NCBI GenBank assembly: GCA_963805045.1 | Contig: CAWDTC010000021.1 | Coordinates: 45,559-109,558 of the forward strand | Direction of reading: 5' to 3' | Origin: Candidatus Aminicenantes bacterium | GTDB lineage: Bacteria; Acidobacteriota; Aminicenantia; Aminicenantales; Saccharicenantaceae | DNA length: 64,000 nt | In this document: positions 9,610 through 19,899 of the stretch, piece by piece | Layout: each line of letters opens with the position of its first letter | Position numbering within the stretch: the first letter of the stretch is position 1 | The notes under the pieces: generated by a model | Databases searched by the model: none | Told to the model about the DNA's origin: nothing | Seen by the model: only the letters and a program-made list of their open reading frames with translations | Made by a program: the position numbers and the translations under genes

Positions 9610-11199
9610 TCAGCGGCTGCGGTAAACGACGGCCTCGCGGATGGCGACTTTCTTTCCCGTCGACCGCGGGTCGGCGTCGGCGCGCGGCACGATGCGGACG
9701 GTGTGCGTCCCCTGCTCGAGCCCGTAGATGTGCCAAAGGGAGGAGTCGAACGTCCGGGGCACGATGTAGCAGTCCATGTCGCGCGCTTTCTTGCCGTCGA
9801 CATAGACATCGGCCCGGCCGCCCTCCTGGTCGAGGACACCCTGGATGGAAACGGCCGACCCGGTGAAGGTCAGCACGGCCTCGGCGCCGGCACCCGAGGT
9901 CGCCATCCCGACGACGTCCTGCTTCTTGTCGCCTCCCATCAGGGGCTTCCAGCCGTCCTTCCAGGCCCAGGCCGGGTCCTTGAAGCCGAGGCGGCGGTCC
10001 GGCACTCCCATCGTCCACTGCTCGAGCTTGGCGGGGAGAGGCGCCTCCGCCGGGACCGTGACCGCGGTCTCCGTGACCTTCCCTCCCGCCGCTTCGACGA
10101 CCTTAAGCGCGCGGGCCAGCGTCGCCCGACTGATGTCGTTGAAGGAGGAGCGCGTGTACTCGAACTTAACGTCGGCGAGCGCCGGGATGCCGGATTTCCA
10201 GAGGTCGGGGATGGCCGCGTAGCCGAGGATGACGCCCAGGACGCCGCCGGCGCTCGACGGGTTGCAGTCGGAATCCTGGCCGCAGCGGGCCGCGATCTCG
10301 ATCGTCTTCCCGAAGTCCTTGCCGCCGTAGAGCAGGCCGATGGCGACGTAGCCCCCGTTGATCTTGGCGTCGATGTTGAACGGGTCGAGGGCGCCGTCCG
10401 GGCAGGACTCGTTCTTGTCCCACTTGTCCTCGACGAGCCGCCAGGTCTTCTTCCAGTCGACGGGGTCCTGAGCGCTCCAGTCGAGGACGTCCCGGATGAG
10501 CCGGGCATATTCGCTCTCGGCCGGGAGAGAGGCCCAGCCGGCCTCGACGACCTTGCGCACGTCCGTCTCGAAGAAGGCCGCCGCGTACATGCCGGTGAGA
10601 AAGACCCCGCCGTAGAGGCCGTCGCCGTAGTTCATGACCCGGCCGACGCGGTCGCTGTACGCGCTCGCCTCGCGGGGCAGCCCCGGGCACATCAGGCCGA
10701 TGAAGTCGGCCTCGATCTGGAAGTCGATGTCGTTGGCGTGGATATTGTAGCGCGGGTCCCCCGAGAGCGGGGCCTTGAGGCCCAGGTTGAGCAGGCGCCT
10801 GGCCGCGGCGTTGGCGTGCCAGAGCCCGTACTGGCTGACCTTGAAGGCCTCGCCGAACTCCTCGGTCGTGGCCTCGAGGCCGAGCCGGTCCATCGTCTCC
10901 GACATGGTCATCCCGACGTAGAGGTCGTCCTGGTGGATGGCGTTCTCCACCCGCTCGGGCTTCCAGGGCGGGAGCTCCGATTCGTTGATCCGGCCGTTCG
11001 AGCCGAACTCGGTCGGGGCGCCGAAGGAGACGCCGATCATCTTCCCCGCCCAGCCGCCGCGGATCTTGTCCTCGAGGACACTCCTCGCGATCGTCCGCGT
11101 GCCGGGTTTCGCGGACGGGGCGCAGGCGACCCCGGCAGCCACGGCGCAGACGAGAATGGACAGGGCGGTGAAAACGAAGGACCGATCCGGGTTTCTCAT
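9610..11199 (-). CDS. Secreted ADP-ribosylglycohydrolase-family protein with a C-terminal beta-sandwich-like extension
   Basis: Intact ORF with the ATG at 11199. It has a signal peptide, the family motifs GGWAGKMIGVSFGAPTEF and CGQDSDCNPSSAGGVLG, and about 150 extra C-terminal residues. Confidence 0.75.
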   Translation of the reverse strand: MRNPDRSFVFTALSILVCAVAAGVACAPSAKPGTRTIARSVLEDKIRGGWAGKMIGVSFGAPTEFGSNGRINESELPPWKPERVENAIHQDDLYVGMTMSETMDRLGLEATTEEFGEAFKVSQYGLWHANAAARRLLNLGLKAPLSGDPRYNIHANDIDFQIEADFIGLMCPGLPREASAYSDRVGRVMNYGDGLYGGVFLTGMYAAAFFETDVRKVVEAGWASLPAESEYARLIRDVLDWSAQDPVDWKKTWRLVEDKWDKNESCPDGALDPFNIDAKINGGYVAIGLLYGGKDFGKTIEIAARCGQDSDCNPSSAGGVLGVILGYAAIPDLWKSGIPALADVKFEYTRSSFNDISRATLARALKVVEAAGGKVTETAVTVPAEAPLPAKLEQWTMGVPDRRLGFKDPAWAWKDGWKPLMGGDKKQDVVGMATSGAGAEAVLTFTGSAVSIQGVLDQEGGRADVYVDGKKARDMDCYIVPRTFDSSLWHIYGLEQGTHTVRIVPRADADPRSTGKKVAIREAVVYRSR

Positions 11200-11223
11200 G
11201 GATTCCCCCAATTTGGATAAAAT

Positions 11224-11311
11224 GGGGACACAATACTCATTTCCGATTTAAACCCATCCCCCTCCTGGGGAAGAACTGGGACCGAAATTCGGAAATGAGT
11301 ATTGTGTCCCC
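11224..11311. repeat. Perfect 23-bp inverted repeat (arms 11224-11246 and 11289-11311) around a 42-nt spacer
   Basis: GGGGACACAATACTCATTTCCGA is exactly reverse-complementary to TCGGAAATGAGTATTGTGTCCCC. The element is AT-rich relative to its flanks and fills the gap between two minus-strand genes. Confidence 0.9.
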
Positions 11312-11332
11312 GAATTGTATGTCACCGAATTG

Positions 11333-12907
11333 TCACCAGCGGTCGGTGCGGAACGGGGACGCCGGCAGGCCCTCCTTGTTGGCCAGGTTGGGGACGGCGA
11401 CCTGGCTCCAGCCGAGCCGGACGGCCGCGGGCGCGGCGACGCGCGGGCTCCGGACGACGACCGTGTCCCCCGAGATCTCCGCTTCGGCTCGGTAGAAGAT
11501 GTGGTCGTCGCCGGCGACCTCGAACCAGGTCGGCGGCTGCCCGTCGTTCGTGACGAGCCCTCCCCCGACGTGGTCGAAAGAGATCCGCGCCCTGTCCCCC
11601 TCGACCGTCATGGACTTGAAGAGCGGGCCGGAATAGACGAGGCCCTTTTCGCCGTAGGTCTTGGCCCGCGCCCAGAGGGCGAGCCGCTCGGCCACGTCCT
11701 TCTTGTCGGCGGGATGGATATCCGTGAGGTTCGTGATGTCGGAGACGACGGCCATGCCCGTGTTCGCAAGGCGCAGGACGTTCGTCTGGGCCTCCCAGAG
11801 GAGAGGCAGCCGGTAGGCGTCGGGGACCGGGCTGCCTTTCATGTTCTTGTCGTAGCCGTAAGTGAAGGGCGCGATCTCGACGTAATAGAACGGGAAGTCG
11901 CCGAGCTTCCAGACTTCGCGCCAGCCGCGGATGAGCGCCTCCATCTTCTTCTCGTAGAGGAGGCCGTCGTTGCGGTTGTTCTCGCCCTGGTACCAGATCG
12001 CGCCGCGGATCGCGAACGGCGTCAGGGCGTGGATCATGGCGTTGTAGAGGGTCGTCGGCGCCTGGGGACTCTCATAGGGATCTTTCGGGTCAATGTCGGG
12101 CAGGGGCGGGATTTCAGCCTTGGCCTTGAGGGCTTTCTGGACATCGCGGATCCACGCCTCCCAAACCGGCAGGGCTTTTTCGAGCTCTTTGCGGTAATCC
12201 TCGTACTTGGCCATCTGCTTGTCGAGGAGAGGCTTGGTCTCGGGCACGGCGGCGAAACCGGCCGGCGGCGTCCACGGCTCGATGTCCGTCCCGCCCCATG
12301 CCGACTCGATCACGCCGACGGGCACGCCGAGCTTCTCGTGGAGCTCGAGCCCGTAGAAATAGGCCACGGCGGAAAAGCCGCGGGCCGAGGCGGGCGACGA
12401 AACGGCCCACTTGGCGTCGACGTCGTCCTTGGGCCGGTCGGAGGTGTGTTTCGGCACCTGGAACAGGCGCAGGCCGGGATGGTCTGCCTTCATGATCTCC
12501 GGTGTCGTGTTCGCCAGCCACTCCAGGGCGAACTCCATGTTCGACTGGCCGGAGCACAGCCAGACCTCGCCGACGAGGATGTCCTTGACCGCGACCTCGG
12601 GTCCCTTCTCGCCGCGGACGGCCATTTCGAGGGCCGCTCCGCCGGCCTTGAGCGGGTCGAAGACGACCTGCCACCTGCCGTCGGCGGCCGAGGCCCGGGC
12701 CTTCCGCTCCGCGCCGGCCAGGCGGACGGTGACCTGCTCGTTCTTCGCGGCCCAGCCCCAGACGTTGACGGGCTGTCCCTGTTGGATGACCATGTGGTCG
12801 CCGATGACGGCCGGGAGCCTGACGTCGGCCGAGAGGGCCGGGGCGAGCGCGGCCGAGACGATCGCCGTTAAAGCCGCGACGGTGAGCCATTTCCCTCGAG
12901 TGGTCAT
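11333..12907 (-). CDS. Sialate O-acetylesterase (SGNH-type)
   Basis: Intact 524-aa ORF with a signal peptide, the catalytic block WLCSGQSNMEF, and GAIWYQGENN. Confidence 0.85.
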   Translation of the reverse strand: MTTRGKWLTVAALTAIVSAALAPALSADVRLPAVIGDHMVIQQGQPVNVWGWAAKNEQVTVRLAGAERKARASAADGRWQVVFDPLKAGGAALEMAVRGEKGPEVAVKDILVGEVWLCSGQSNMEFALEWLANTTPEIMKADHPGLRLFQVPKHTSDRPKDDVDAKWAVSSPASARGFSAVAYFYGLELHEKLGVPVGVIESAWGGTDIEPWTPPAGFAAVPETKPLLDKQMAKYEDYRKELEKALPVWEAWIRDVQKALKAKAEIPPLPDIDPKDPYESPQAPTTLYNAMIHALTPFAIRGAIWYQGENNRNDGLLYEKKMEALIRGWREVWKLGDFPFYYVEIAPFTYGYDKNMKGSPVPDAYRLPLLWEAQTNVLRLANTGMAVVSDITNLTDIHPADKKDVAERLALWARAKTYGEKGLVYSGPLFKSMTVEGDRARISFDHVGGGLVTNDGQPPTWFEVAGDDHIFYRAEAEISGDTVVVRSPRVAAPAAVRLGWSQVAVPNLANKEGLPASPFRTDRW

Positions 12908-12979
12908 GCGTGACGCCTCCTTGTCGTTGGTCGTTGGACGCTCGCGAAAGAGGCGGATTCAAAGGTCGTCCCCCGGCAA

Positions 12980-13760
12980 TTAGAATTCGTAAACTGAAGG
13001 TCAGGCCGAGAGCGGGCGAGACGCCCAGGCTCCAGCGGCGCGCGGACGGGGCCGGCGCAGCTTCCCCCTTCCCCTGCTCGAACTTGGCCTCGTAGTCCTT
13101 CAGGTCCCGGACGGCGCGCATGGGCTGGGTGAAGATGTTGAGAAGAGAGATGGCCTCGCCCCCGGCAAAGTTGACCAGGGCGTTGCCCCAGGATTGTTTG
13201 AAGGCGGCCTTGAGCACGAGCGCGCCCGCGGCGTTGGCGCCGAGATTCAGGAGGTGCGTACCGAGGCTTCGACCGTTGATCTCCTGGCGGGCGCAGTCGC
13301 GGAGCATCTTCTCCGCCCGCTCGAACTTGGCCCGGCGCTCCTCCGGGCTCGACTCCGGCACGGCGCGCAGCTCGCCCGGGACGAGGGCCGGCTTGAACGG
13401 GTTGATGACTAGGCTGCCGACCCCGAGCAGGAGGGTCGCTCCGCCGACGAGCATGCCCTCGGCGGATTCCCGGTCCGCGACGAGTTCGGGCCCTTCGTAC
13501 TTCGTATCGTACCAGCCGGACGCGGCCACGATGCCGCTGGCAAGCGAGCTGACCGAGTAGGCGCCGAGCCAGCCATAGAACCACGTTTCGGCGCGCGGGC
13601 GTCCGGCCTCGAGGGCGGTCTCGATAAAGGCCAGCCGCTCCTTGACCTGATCATCCGAGAGCGCCGTCGCCTGCGCCCGGACAGCGGCCGGAGCGACGAG
13701 GGACAGGATGAGGGCGACGGCCAGACCCGCGCCCAAGGACTTGCCAAGCCGATGCTTCAT
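12980..13760 (-). CDS. Secreted/membrane hypothetical protein; the 3' end is uncertain because the stop is lost to a frame break
   Basis: Start MKHRLGKSLGAGLAVALILSLVAPAAVRA at 13760 inside ORF 12114-13856. The listed frame then runs on through the esterase gene. A TAA at 12980-12982 becomes in-frame after a 1-nt correction. Confidence 0.45.
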
Positions 13761-13979
13761 GGGAACCCCCTGAGGACGCTCAAGAATCATGGCCGCGGGC
13801 GGGCGAGTCTTCCTGGCTATCGGGCCGGCGCCGGCGCTGACCATCAGGATTGACAATAGGGCAGGTCCGCCGGCCTGTCAAGGTCCAGTTCATGGCCGCC
13901 TTCGCCTACGACGCGGCCATGAGCGACGCGCGCGTGCCGCGCAAATCGCTCAAATAAGGGAAAAACGGCCACGTTCCGG

Positions 13980-14009
13980 TTGACACCCCGCGACGCCGCG
14001 TGCTAAGAT
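13980..14009 (+). promoter_or_regulatory. Sigma-70-type promoter upstream of citrate synthase
   Basis: TTGACA (13980-13985), an 18-nt spacer, then TAAGAT (14004-14009). Confidence 0.4.
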
Positions 14010-14061
14010 GAAAAACCCCCGAGAGGGGGAAATTCATATATCTAAAAGGAGGTTGTGCTTC

Positions 14062-15387
14062 ATGGCTACGTTGAAAGAGAAATTTGCGGCCAAGATGGGC
14101 CCGATGAAGGAACGGGTCCAAAAGCTCAACAAGGAATTCGGCGACGTCAATGTTTCGAGCGTCAACGTCGGCCAGGTCGTCGGCGGCGCCCGCGACATCA
14201 TCTCGATGCTCTGGGACGTGTCGCTCCTCGACAAGTTCGAGGGCATCCGCTTCCGCGGCTTCTCCATCCCCGAGCTCCGCGAGAAGCTGCCCAAGGCCCC
14301 CGGCGGCACCGAGCCCCTGCCCGAGGGCATCTTCTATCTCCTCCTCCTCGGCGAGGTCCCGACGGCCGCGGACTGCGCCGCCGTGACCGAGGAATGGCAG
14401 AAGCGGAGCGTCCTGCCCCAGTATCTCATCGACGTCATGAACGCCATCCCCAAGGACACGCACCCGATGACCCAGTTCTCGCTGGCCATCCTGCAGCTCC
14501 AGCGGGAATCGGTCTTCGCCCAGCGCTACAAGGAGAAGATGCCCAAGAGCCAGTACTGGGACGCGACGTACGAGGACGCCATGAACCTCATCGCCAAGCT
14601 CCCGAACATCGCCGCCTACATCTTCCGGCGGACCTACATGGGCGGCAAGCACATCGCCCCCGACCCGAAGCTCGACTGGGGCGGCAACCTGGCCCACATG
14701 CTCGGCGTCAGCAACGACCCCGCCTTCAAGGAGCTCATGCGGCTCTACCTCTGCATCCACAGCGACCACGAGGGCGGCAACGTCTCGGCCCACACGACGC
14801 ACCTCGTCGGCTCGGCCCTGTCCGACGCCTACTACTCCCTGTCGGCCGGCATGGACGGCCTGGCGGGCCCGCTCCACGGCCTGGCCAACCAGGAAGTCCT
14901 GGGCTGGATCATGTACCTGATGAAGGACCTCGGCGGCGTCCCGACCAAGGAGCAGCTCGAGAAGTACATGTGGGACACCCTGAACGGCGGCCGGGTCATC
15001 CCGGGCTACGGGCACGCCGTCCTGCGCAAGACCGACCCCCGCTACGTCGCCCAGCGCGAGTTCGCCCTCAAGCACATGCCGGACTACGACCTGTTCAAGG
15101 TCGTCAGCCTGGTCTACGAGGTCGCCCCGGACGTCCTGACGAAGCACGGCAAGACCAAGAACCCGTGGCCGAACGTCGACGCCCACTCCGGCGTCCTTCT
15201 CTACTACTACGGCGCCACCGAGTTCGACTTCTACACCGTGTTCTTCGGCGTGTCCCGCGCCCTCGGCGTCCTGGCCCAGCTTGTCTGGGACCGCGCCCTC
15301 GGCCTGCCGATCGAGCGGCCGAAGTCCGTCACCACCGAGTGGCTCGAGAACTTCATCAAGGAACACCCCCCCGCACCGAAGCCGTAA
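14062..15387 (+). CDS. gltA: Citrate synthase, eukaryotic/mitochondrial-type
   Basis: Intact. AAGGAGG lies 8 nt before the ATG at 14062. The blocks GYGHAVLRKTDPRY, NPWPNVDAHSGVLL and FGVSRALGVLAQLVWDRALGLPIERPKS match the mitochondrial enzyme almost residue for residue. Confidence 0.92.
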   Translation: MATLKEKFAAKMGPMKERVQKLNKEFGDVNVSSVNVGQVVGGARDIISMLWDVSLLDKFEGIRFRGFSIPELREKLPKAPGGTEPLPEGIFYLLLLGEVPTAADCAAVTEEWQKRSVLPQYLIDVMNAIPKDTHPMTQFSLAILQLQRESVFAQRYKEKMPKSQYWDATYEDAMNLIAKLPNIAAYIFRRTYMGGKHIAPDPKLDWGGNLAHMLGVSNDPAFKELMRLYLCIHSDHEGGNVSAHTTHLVGSALSDAYYSLSAGMDGLAGPLHGLANQEVLGWIMYLMKDLGGVPTKEQLEKYMWDTLNGGRVIPGYGHAVLRKTDPRYVAQREFALKHMPDYDLFKVVSLVYEVAPDVLTKHGKTKNPWPNVDAHSGVLLYYYGATEFDFYTVFFGVSRALGVLAQLVWDRALGLPIERPKSVTTEWLENFIKEHPPAPKP

Positions 15388-15413
15388 GCGCCGTTCCTCA
15401 AGCGGAAGCTCAA

Positions 15414-15448
15414 GGGCCGCCGTCCCCCGCGGGCGGCGGCCCTTTTTT
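15414..15448 (+). terminator. Rho-independent terminator after gltA, possibly bidirectional
   Basis: GC-rich hairpin GGGCCGCCG...CGGCGGCCC followed by TTTTTT, lying between convergent genes. Confidence 0.7.
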
Positions 15449-15466
15449 GTCCGGCCCGCCCGGCCC

Positions 15467-17108
15467 TCACTCCTCCGACATGTGCGGGTAAAAGGGGTCT
15501 CGCGGCGGGAGGAAGTTCTCCTTGACGGCCTGCGGACTCGTCCACCGCAGCAGGTTGAAGTAGCCGCCGGCCTTGTCGTTGGTGCCGCTCATCCGGCCGC
15601 CCCCGAACGGCTGCTGGCCGACGACGGCGCCCGTCGGCTTGTCATTGATGTAGATGTTCCCGGCGGCCTGGGACAGGCGGTCGAGGGCGAGCCGGATCGT
15701 GGCCCGGTCCTTGCCGAAGACCGAGCCGGTCAGGGCGTAGGGGCTCGTCTCGTCGACCAGGGCCAGGGTCGCCTCGAACCGGCTGTCGTCGTAGACATAG
15801 ACGGTCAACACGGGGCCGAAGATCTCCTCCACCATCCCCCGGAACTTCGGGTTCGTGGCCCGGATGACGGTCGGGCGGATGAAGTAGCCGACGCGGTCGT
15901 CGCACTCCCCGCCGAGGACGACCTCCGCCTCGGAGGAGGCGCGTGCGTCGGCGATGTAGGTGGCGACCTTCCCGAACGCCGCCCGGTCGATGACGGCGCC
16001 CATGAAGGTCCGGAAGTCGCGGACGTCGCCGACCCGCGCGCGCGCCGCCATCTTCGACAGCCGGGCCAGGACGCCCGGCCACGAGGACCCGGGAATGTAG
16101 GCCCGACTGGCCGCCGAGCACTTCTGCCCCTGGTACTCGAAGGCGCCGCGGAACAGGGCCGTCGCCAGCTCGTCGGGGTCGGCGTCCGGACAGGCCAGGA
16201 TGAAGTCCTTGCCGCCCGTCTCGCCGACGAGGCGCGGGTAGTTCCGGTAGACTCCGCGGCCGAGATTCCCGGCCACCCGCGTCCAGATGCCCGTGAACGT
16301 CGCCGTCGAGCCGGTGAAATGGACCCCGGCCAGGTCCCGGTGGTCGATGACGGGGTCGGCGATCTCCGCGCCGCTCCCGGGGACCATGTTGATGACCCCG
16401 TCGGGCAGGCCGGCCTCGAGGAGGACCTTCATGAGATAGTGGGCGCTGAGGACGGCAGAACTCGCCGGCTTCCAGACGACGGTGTTCCCCATCATGGCCG
16501 GCGCGGTCGGCAGGTTGCCGCCGATGGAGGTGAAGTTGAACGGGGCGATGGCGAAAACGAAACCGTCGAGAGGCCGGTACTCCAGCTTGTTCCAGCTCCC
16601 CGGCGGGTTGACCTCGGGCTGGCCGGAGTAGATCCGGCAGACGTAGGAGACGTTGAACCTCAGGTAATCCGTGAGCTCGCAGGCCGCGTCGATCTCGGCC
16701 TGGAAGACGGTCTTGCTCTGGCCGAGCATGGTGGCCGCGTTCATCGCGTAGCGGTAAGGGACCGGCGAGAAGGTCGGCGGCCTTGAGGAAGACGGCGGCC
16801 CGGTCCTCCCACGGCAGGCGCTGCCAGGCGCTCTTGGCCGCGGCGGCGGCCCCGATGGCGCGGGCGGCCGCGTCGGGGCCGCCCAGGTGATAGACGCCGA
16901 GGACGCGGGAGTGCTCGTGGGGGCAGACGATGCGCCCCGTCCTCCCCGAACGGAATTCCGCGCCGCCGATGACCATCGGGACCTCGACGGGGTTCTCGGC
17001 CTGTCTCCCGAGCTCCTCCTTTAGGAGGCGCTTGTCTTCCGAGTCCGGCCCGTAATCGCGGACCTTCTCGTTGACCGGATGAGGCGTGACGAATCGTCCG
17101 GACGGCAT
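15467..17108 (-). CDS. pruA: 1-pyrroline-5-carboxylate (glutamate semialdehyde) dehydrogenase, with one frame break near 16750-16790
   Basis: The N-terminal piece in ORF 15642-17300 starts at MPSGRF (17108, RBS AGGAGGGG). The C-terminal piece 15467-16744 has the ALDH motifs ETGGKDF and EYQGQKCSAASR and the family C-terminus FYPHM. Confidence 0.85.
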
Positions 17109-17265
17109 CGGACCCCTCCTTCGACTGCTATTTCCAACTATACTCTGTTTCCCGGGCCCGCCAAAGATCCGCCGCGCGCCGTGCGGCGCGATCACCGACC
17201 GGTTCCGTCGGCCGCCGGATATGCTATATTGTTTTTCCGGAAAACGCCCGCAAGGAGAGAAGACC

Positions 17266-18310
17266 ATGGAACATCGGATCGGCCTTATCGGCTGCGGCAC
17301 CGTCGGCCAGGGGCTTCTCGAGATCCTGGATAAAGAAGAGGGATTTCCTCAGGGACGCCTGCGGCTTCGAGGCCCGGGTCGTGGCCATCTCGGACAAGAT
17401 CAAGGGCGGCCTCCTCGTCCCGGAGGGGATCGACATCCCAGCCGTCCTCGGCGTCCTCGGCCGCGGCGGGAACCTCGCCGAATACCCCAAGGCGAAGCCC
17501 GGCCAGGCCCAGCCTCTCGACCCGCTGGACATGATCGAGAAGACGGACGCCGACATCATCGCCGAGCTGACCTACACGAACATCGAGACCGGCGAGCCCG
17601 CGACGAGCTACATCAAGAAGGCCCTGCGCACGGGCAAGCACGTCGTCACATCGAACAAGGGCCCGGCGGCCCTCCACTACCGCGAGCTCCAGGACCTGGC
17701 CCGAAAGAACGGCCTCCAGTTCCGGATCGAGGGCACGGTCATGAGCGGGACACCCGTCTTCCACCTCGCCGAGGGCGGCCTGGCCGGCAACGAGGTCCGC
17801 GAGGTCAAGGGCATCCTCAACGGGACGACGAACTTCATCCTGACCAAGATGGAGACCGAGGGCATGGACTACGCCGACGCCCTCAAGCTCGCCCAGAAGC
17901 TCGGCTACGCCGAGGCCGACCCCACGGCCGACGTCGAGGGCTTCGACGCCCTGGCCAAGATCGTCATCCTCTCGAACGTCCTCATGGGCGGGTCGGTCAA
18001 GACGTCGGACGTGGCGCGCCAGGGCATCTCGAAGATCGGCCTGGCCGACGTCAGGGCCGCCGCGAAGGAGGGCTTCCGCTACAAGCTCATCGCCCAGGCC
18101 AAGAAGGGGGCGGGCGGGGTCGTGGCCAGCGTTTCACCCCAGAAACTCCCGGTCTCCGACCCGCTGGCGGGCGTCATGGGCGCCCAGAACGCCCTGAGCT
18201 TCGAAACGGACCTCATGGGCAAGGTCACGATCCAGGGGGCCGGCGCCGGCAAGACCGAGACGGGCTTCTCGATCCTGTCCGACATGCTGGCCATCAATCG
18301 CTGCCGCTGA
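17266..18310 (+). CDS. hom: Homoserine dehydrogenase, with one frame break near 17340
   Basis: MEHRIGLIGCGTVGQG (Rossmann fold) at 17266 continues in the frame of ORF 17381-18310 (TSNKGPAA, GILNGTTNFILT, AEADPTADVEG). Confidence 0.88.
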
Positions 18311-18436
18311 AGCTTGACTCGGCGCCCCGTTCCTTTATATGCTAAGGCCTAACGAACACCGTGTCATGCGGTTCGCCTTGAAATCTCTTCCTGAATCCCT
18401 CGCCCCCGACACGTCCGTCCGTTAATTGGAGGACCC

Positions 18437-19848
18437 ATGAGCTCCGCCCCGAAATATTCCGCCGGCGTCATGAGATACGTCGAGGCCGCGAAGAAGCTCC
18501 TGGCCGAGCGGGACGCCGCGCTGGTCCGGATGAAGGCGATGCGGTTCGATACCATCGCCGTCCACGGGCTCTACACCGTCGAGGAAGCGCTCGCCAGGAA
18601 CCAGGGGGCCGTCATCGAGCCCCTCTACCTCTCCGCCTCCCAGGCCTACGCCGATTCCGACGAGCTCGAGGCGGCCCTGGCCTACCTCGTCCCGACCTGG
18701 TGCTACACGCGGATCGCCAACCCGACGACCTATTACCTCGAGTGGGTCCTGGCCCTGCTCGAAGGATATCGGACGGGATACGACACGTCGTGCTGCGTCA
18801 CGGCCTCGGGCATGGGCGCGATCATGTCGGCCGTCGACCCGCTCCTCGTCAAGCAGAAGCAAGGGCCCGAACGGATCAACTTCGTCTCCTGCATCCAGGT
18901 CTACGGCGGCACGTTCCAGCATTTCTCCATCCGCAAGATGCAGGAGCGCGGCATCGAGTGCCGCTGGGTCGAGCACCCCTGGGATATCGAGGACTGGAAA
19001 TCGAAGATCGACGAGGACACCCGCTTCCTCTACATGGAGATGCCCTCGAACCCCCAGCAGTCCTTCGCCGACGTCAAGGCCCTGGCCGACCTGGCCCATT
19101 CGTGGGAGGTCCCGCTCGTCATCGACGCCACCTGCGCGACGCCCGCCCTCATGCGGCCCATCGCCTACGGCGCCGACATCGTCGTCCACTCGCTGACGAA
19201 GTCGATCACGTCCGGCGGGTTCGCCATCGGCGGCGCCCTCATCAGCCGCAAGCCGATCACGACCAAGGTCAAGAACGACCATCCCCTGTTCAAGGAGAGC
19301 TACGCCGAATACGTGAAATTCCTGCCCTACAGGGACAACGGGCCGGCCGCCTCACCCGTCAACGCGATCTTCGCCCTCAACGACCTGCGGACCCTGCGCT
19401 CGAAGATGGACGTCGTCAGCCAGAATTGCCAGACCGTCGCCGAGTTCCTGGCGAAGCACCCCAGGGTCTACCAGGTCGATTACCTCGGGCCTGCCCAGCT
19501 TTCATCTCCACGAGCATCGCCAGGAAGTACATGAAGCTCGTGGACTCCGACGACGGGCAGGGCGGCGAGGTCAACCGCTACGGGCACCTGATGAGCTTCC
19601 GCGTCGACGGCCCGCCGGAGAACGCCCGCAAGGTCTTCGACAGCTTCAAGATGATCTACAGGGCCACGGACCTGGGCCGGATCAAGAGCGTGGCCACGAT
19701 CCCCGCGATCTCGACCCATCAGCAGCAGGGGGAGGAAGCCCGGAAGGCGGCCGACGTCCCGCCCCAGCTCATCCGCCTCTGCGTCGGCGCGGAACATCCC
19801 GACGACGTCATCGCCGACCTCGACCAGGCGCTGAACTCCCTCAAATGA
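18437..19848 (+). CDS. Cys/Met-metabolism PLP enzyme, O-acetylhomoserine sulfhydrylase-like, with two frame breaks near 19490-19515
   Basis: ORF 18437-19534 (YTRIANPT, SLTKSITSGG with the PLP lysine) joins the tail in ORF 18700-19848 (ARKYMKL..IRLCVGAEHPDDVIADLDQAL). TTGACT, 18 nt, TATGCT at 18314-18343 is a possible promoter. Confidence 0.75.
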
Positions 19849-19899
19849 GACGGGGCGCGGAACGAGGCGCCCGAGGGAACAACCACGGGAGAGACTCAA

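Noticed and set aside
18311-18436. Possible SAM-type riboswitch in the 5' leader of the MetY-like gene.
   Set aside because: The leader has one hairpin (AAGGC..CGAAC..GTTCG..CCTT), but I could not recognise SAM-I, SAM-II/V or SAM-SAH core motifs by eye. It is left as a plain leader behind a TTGACT/TATGCT promoter. An Infernal scan would settle it.
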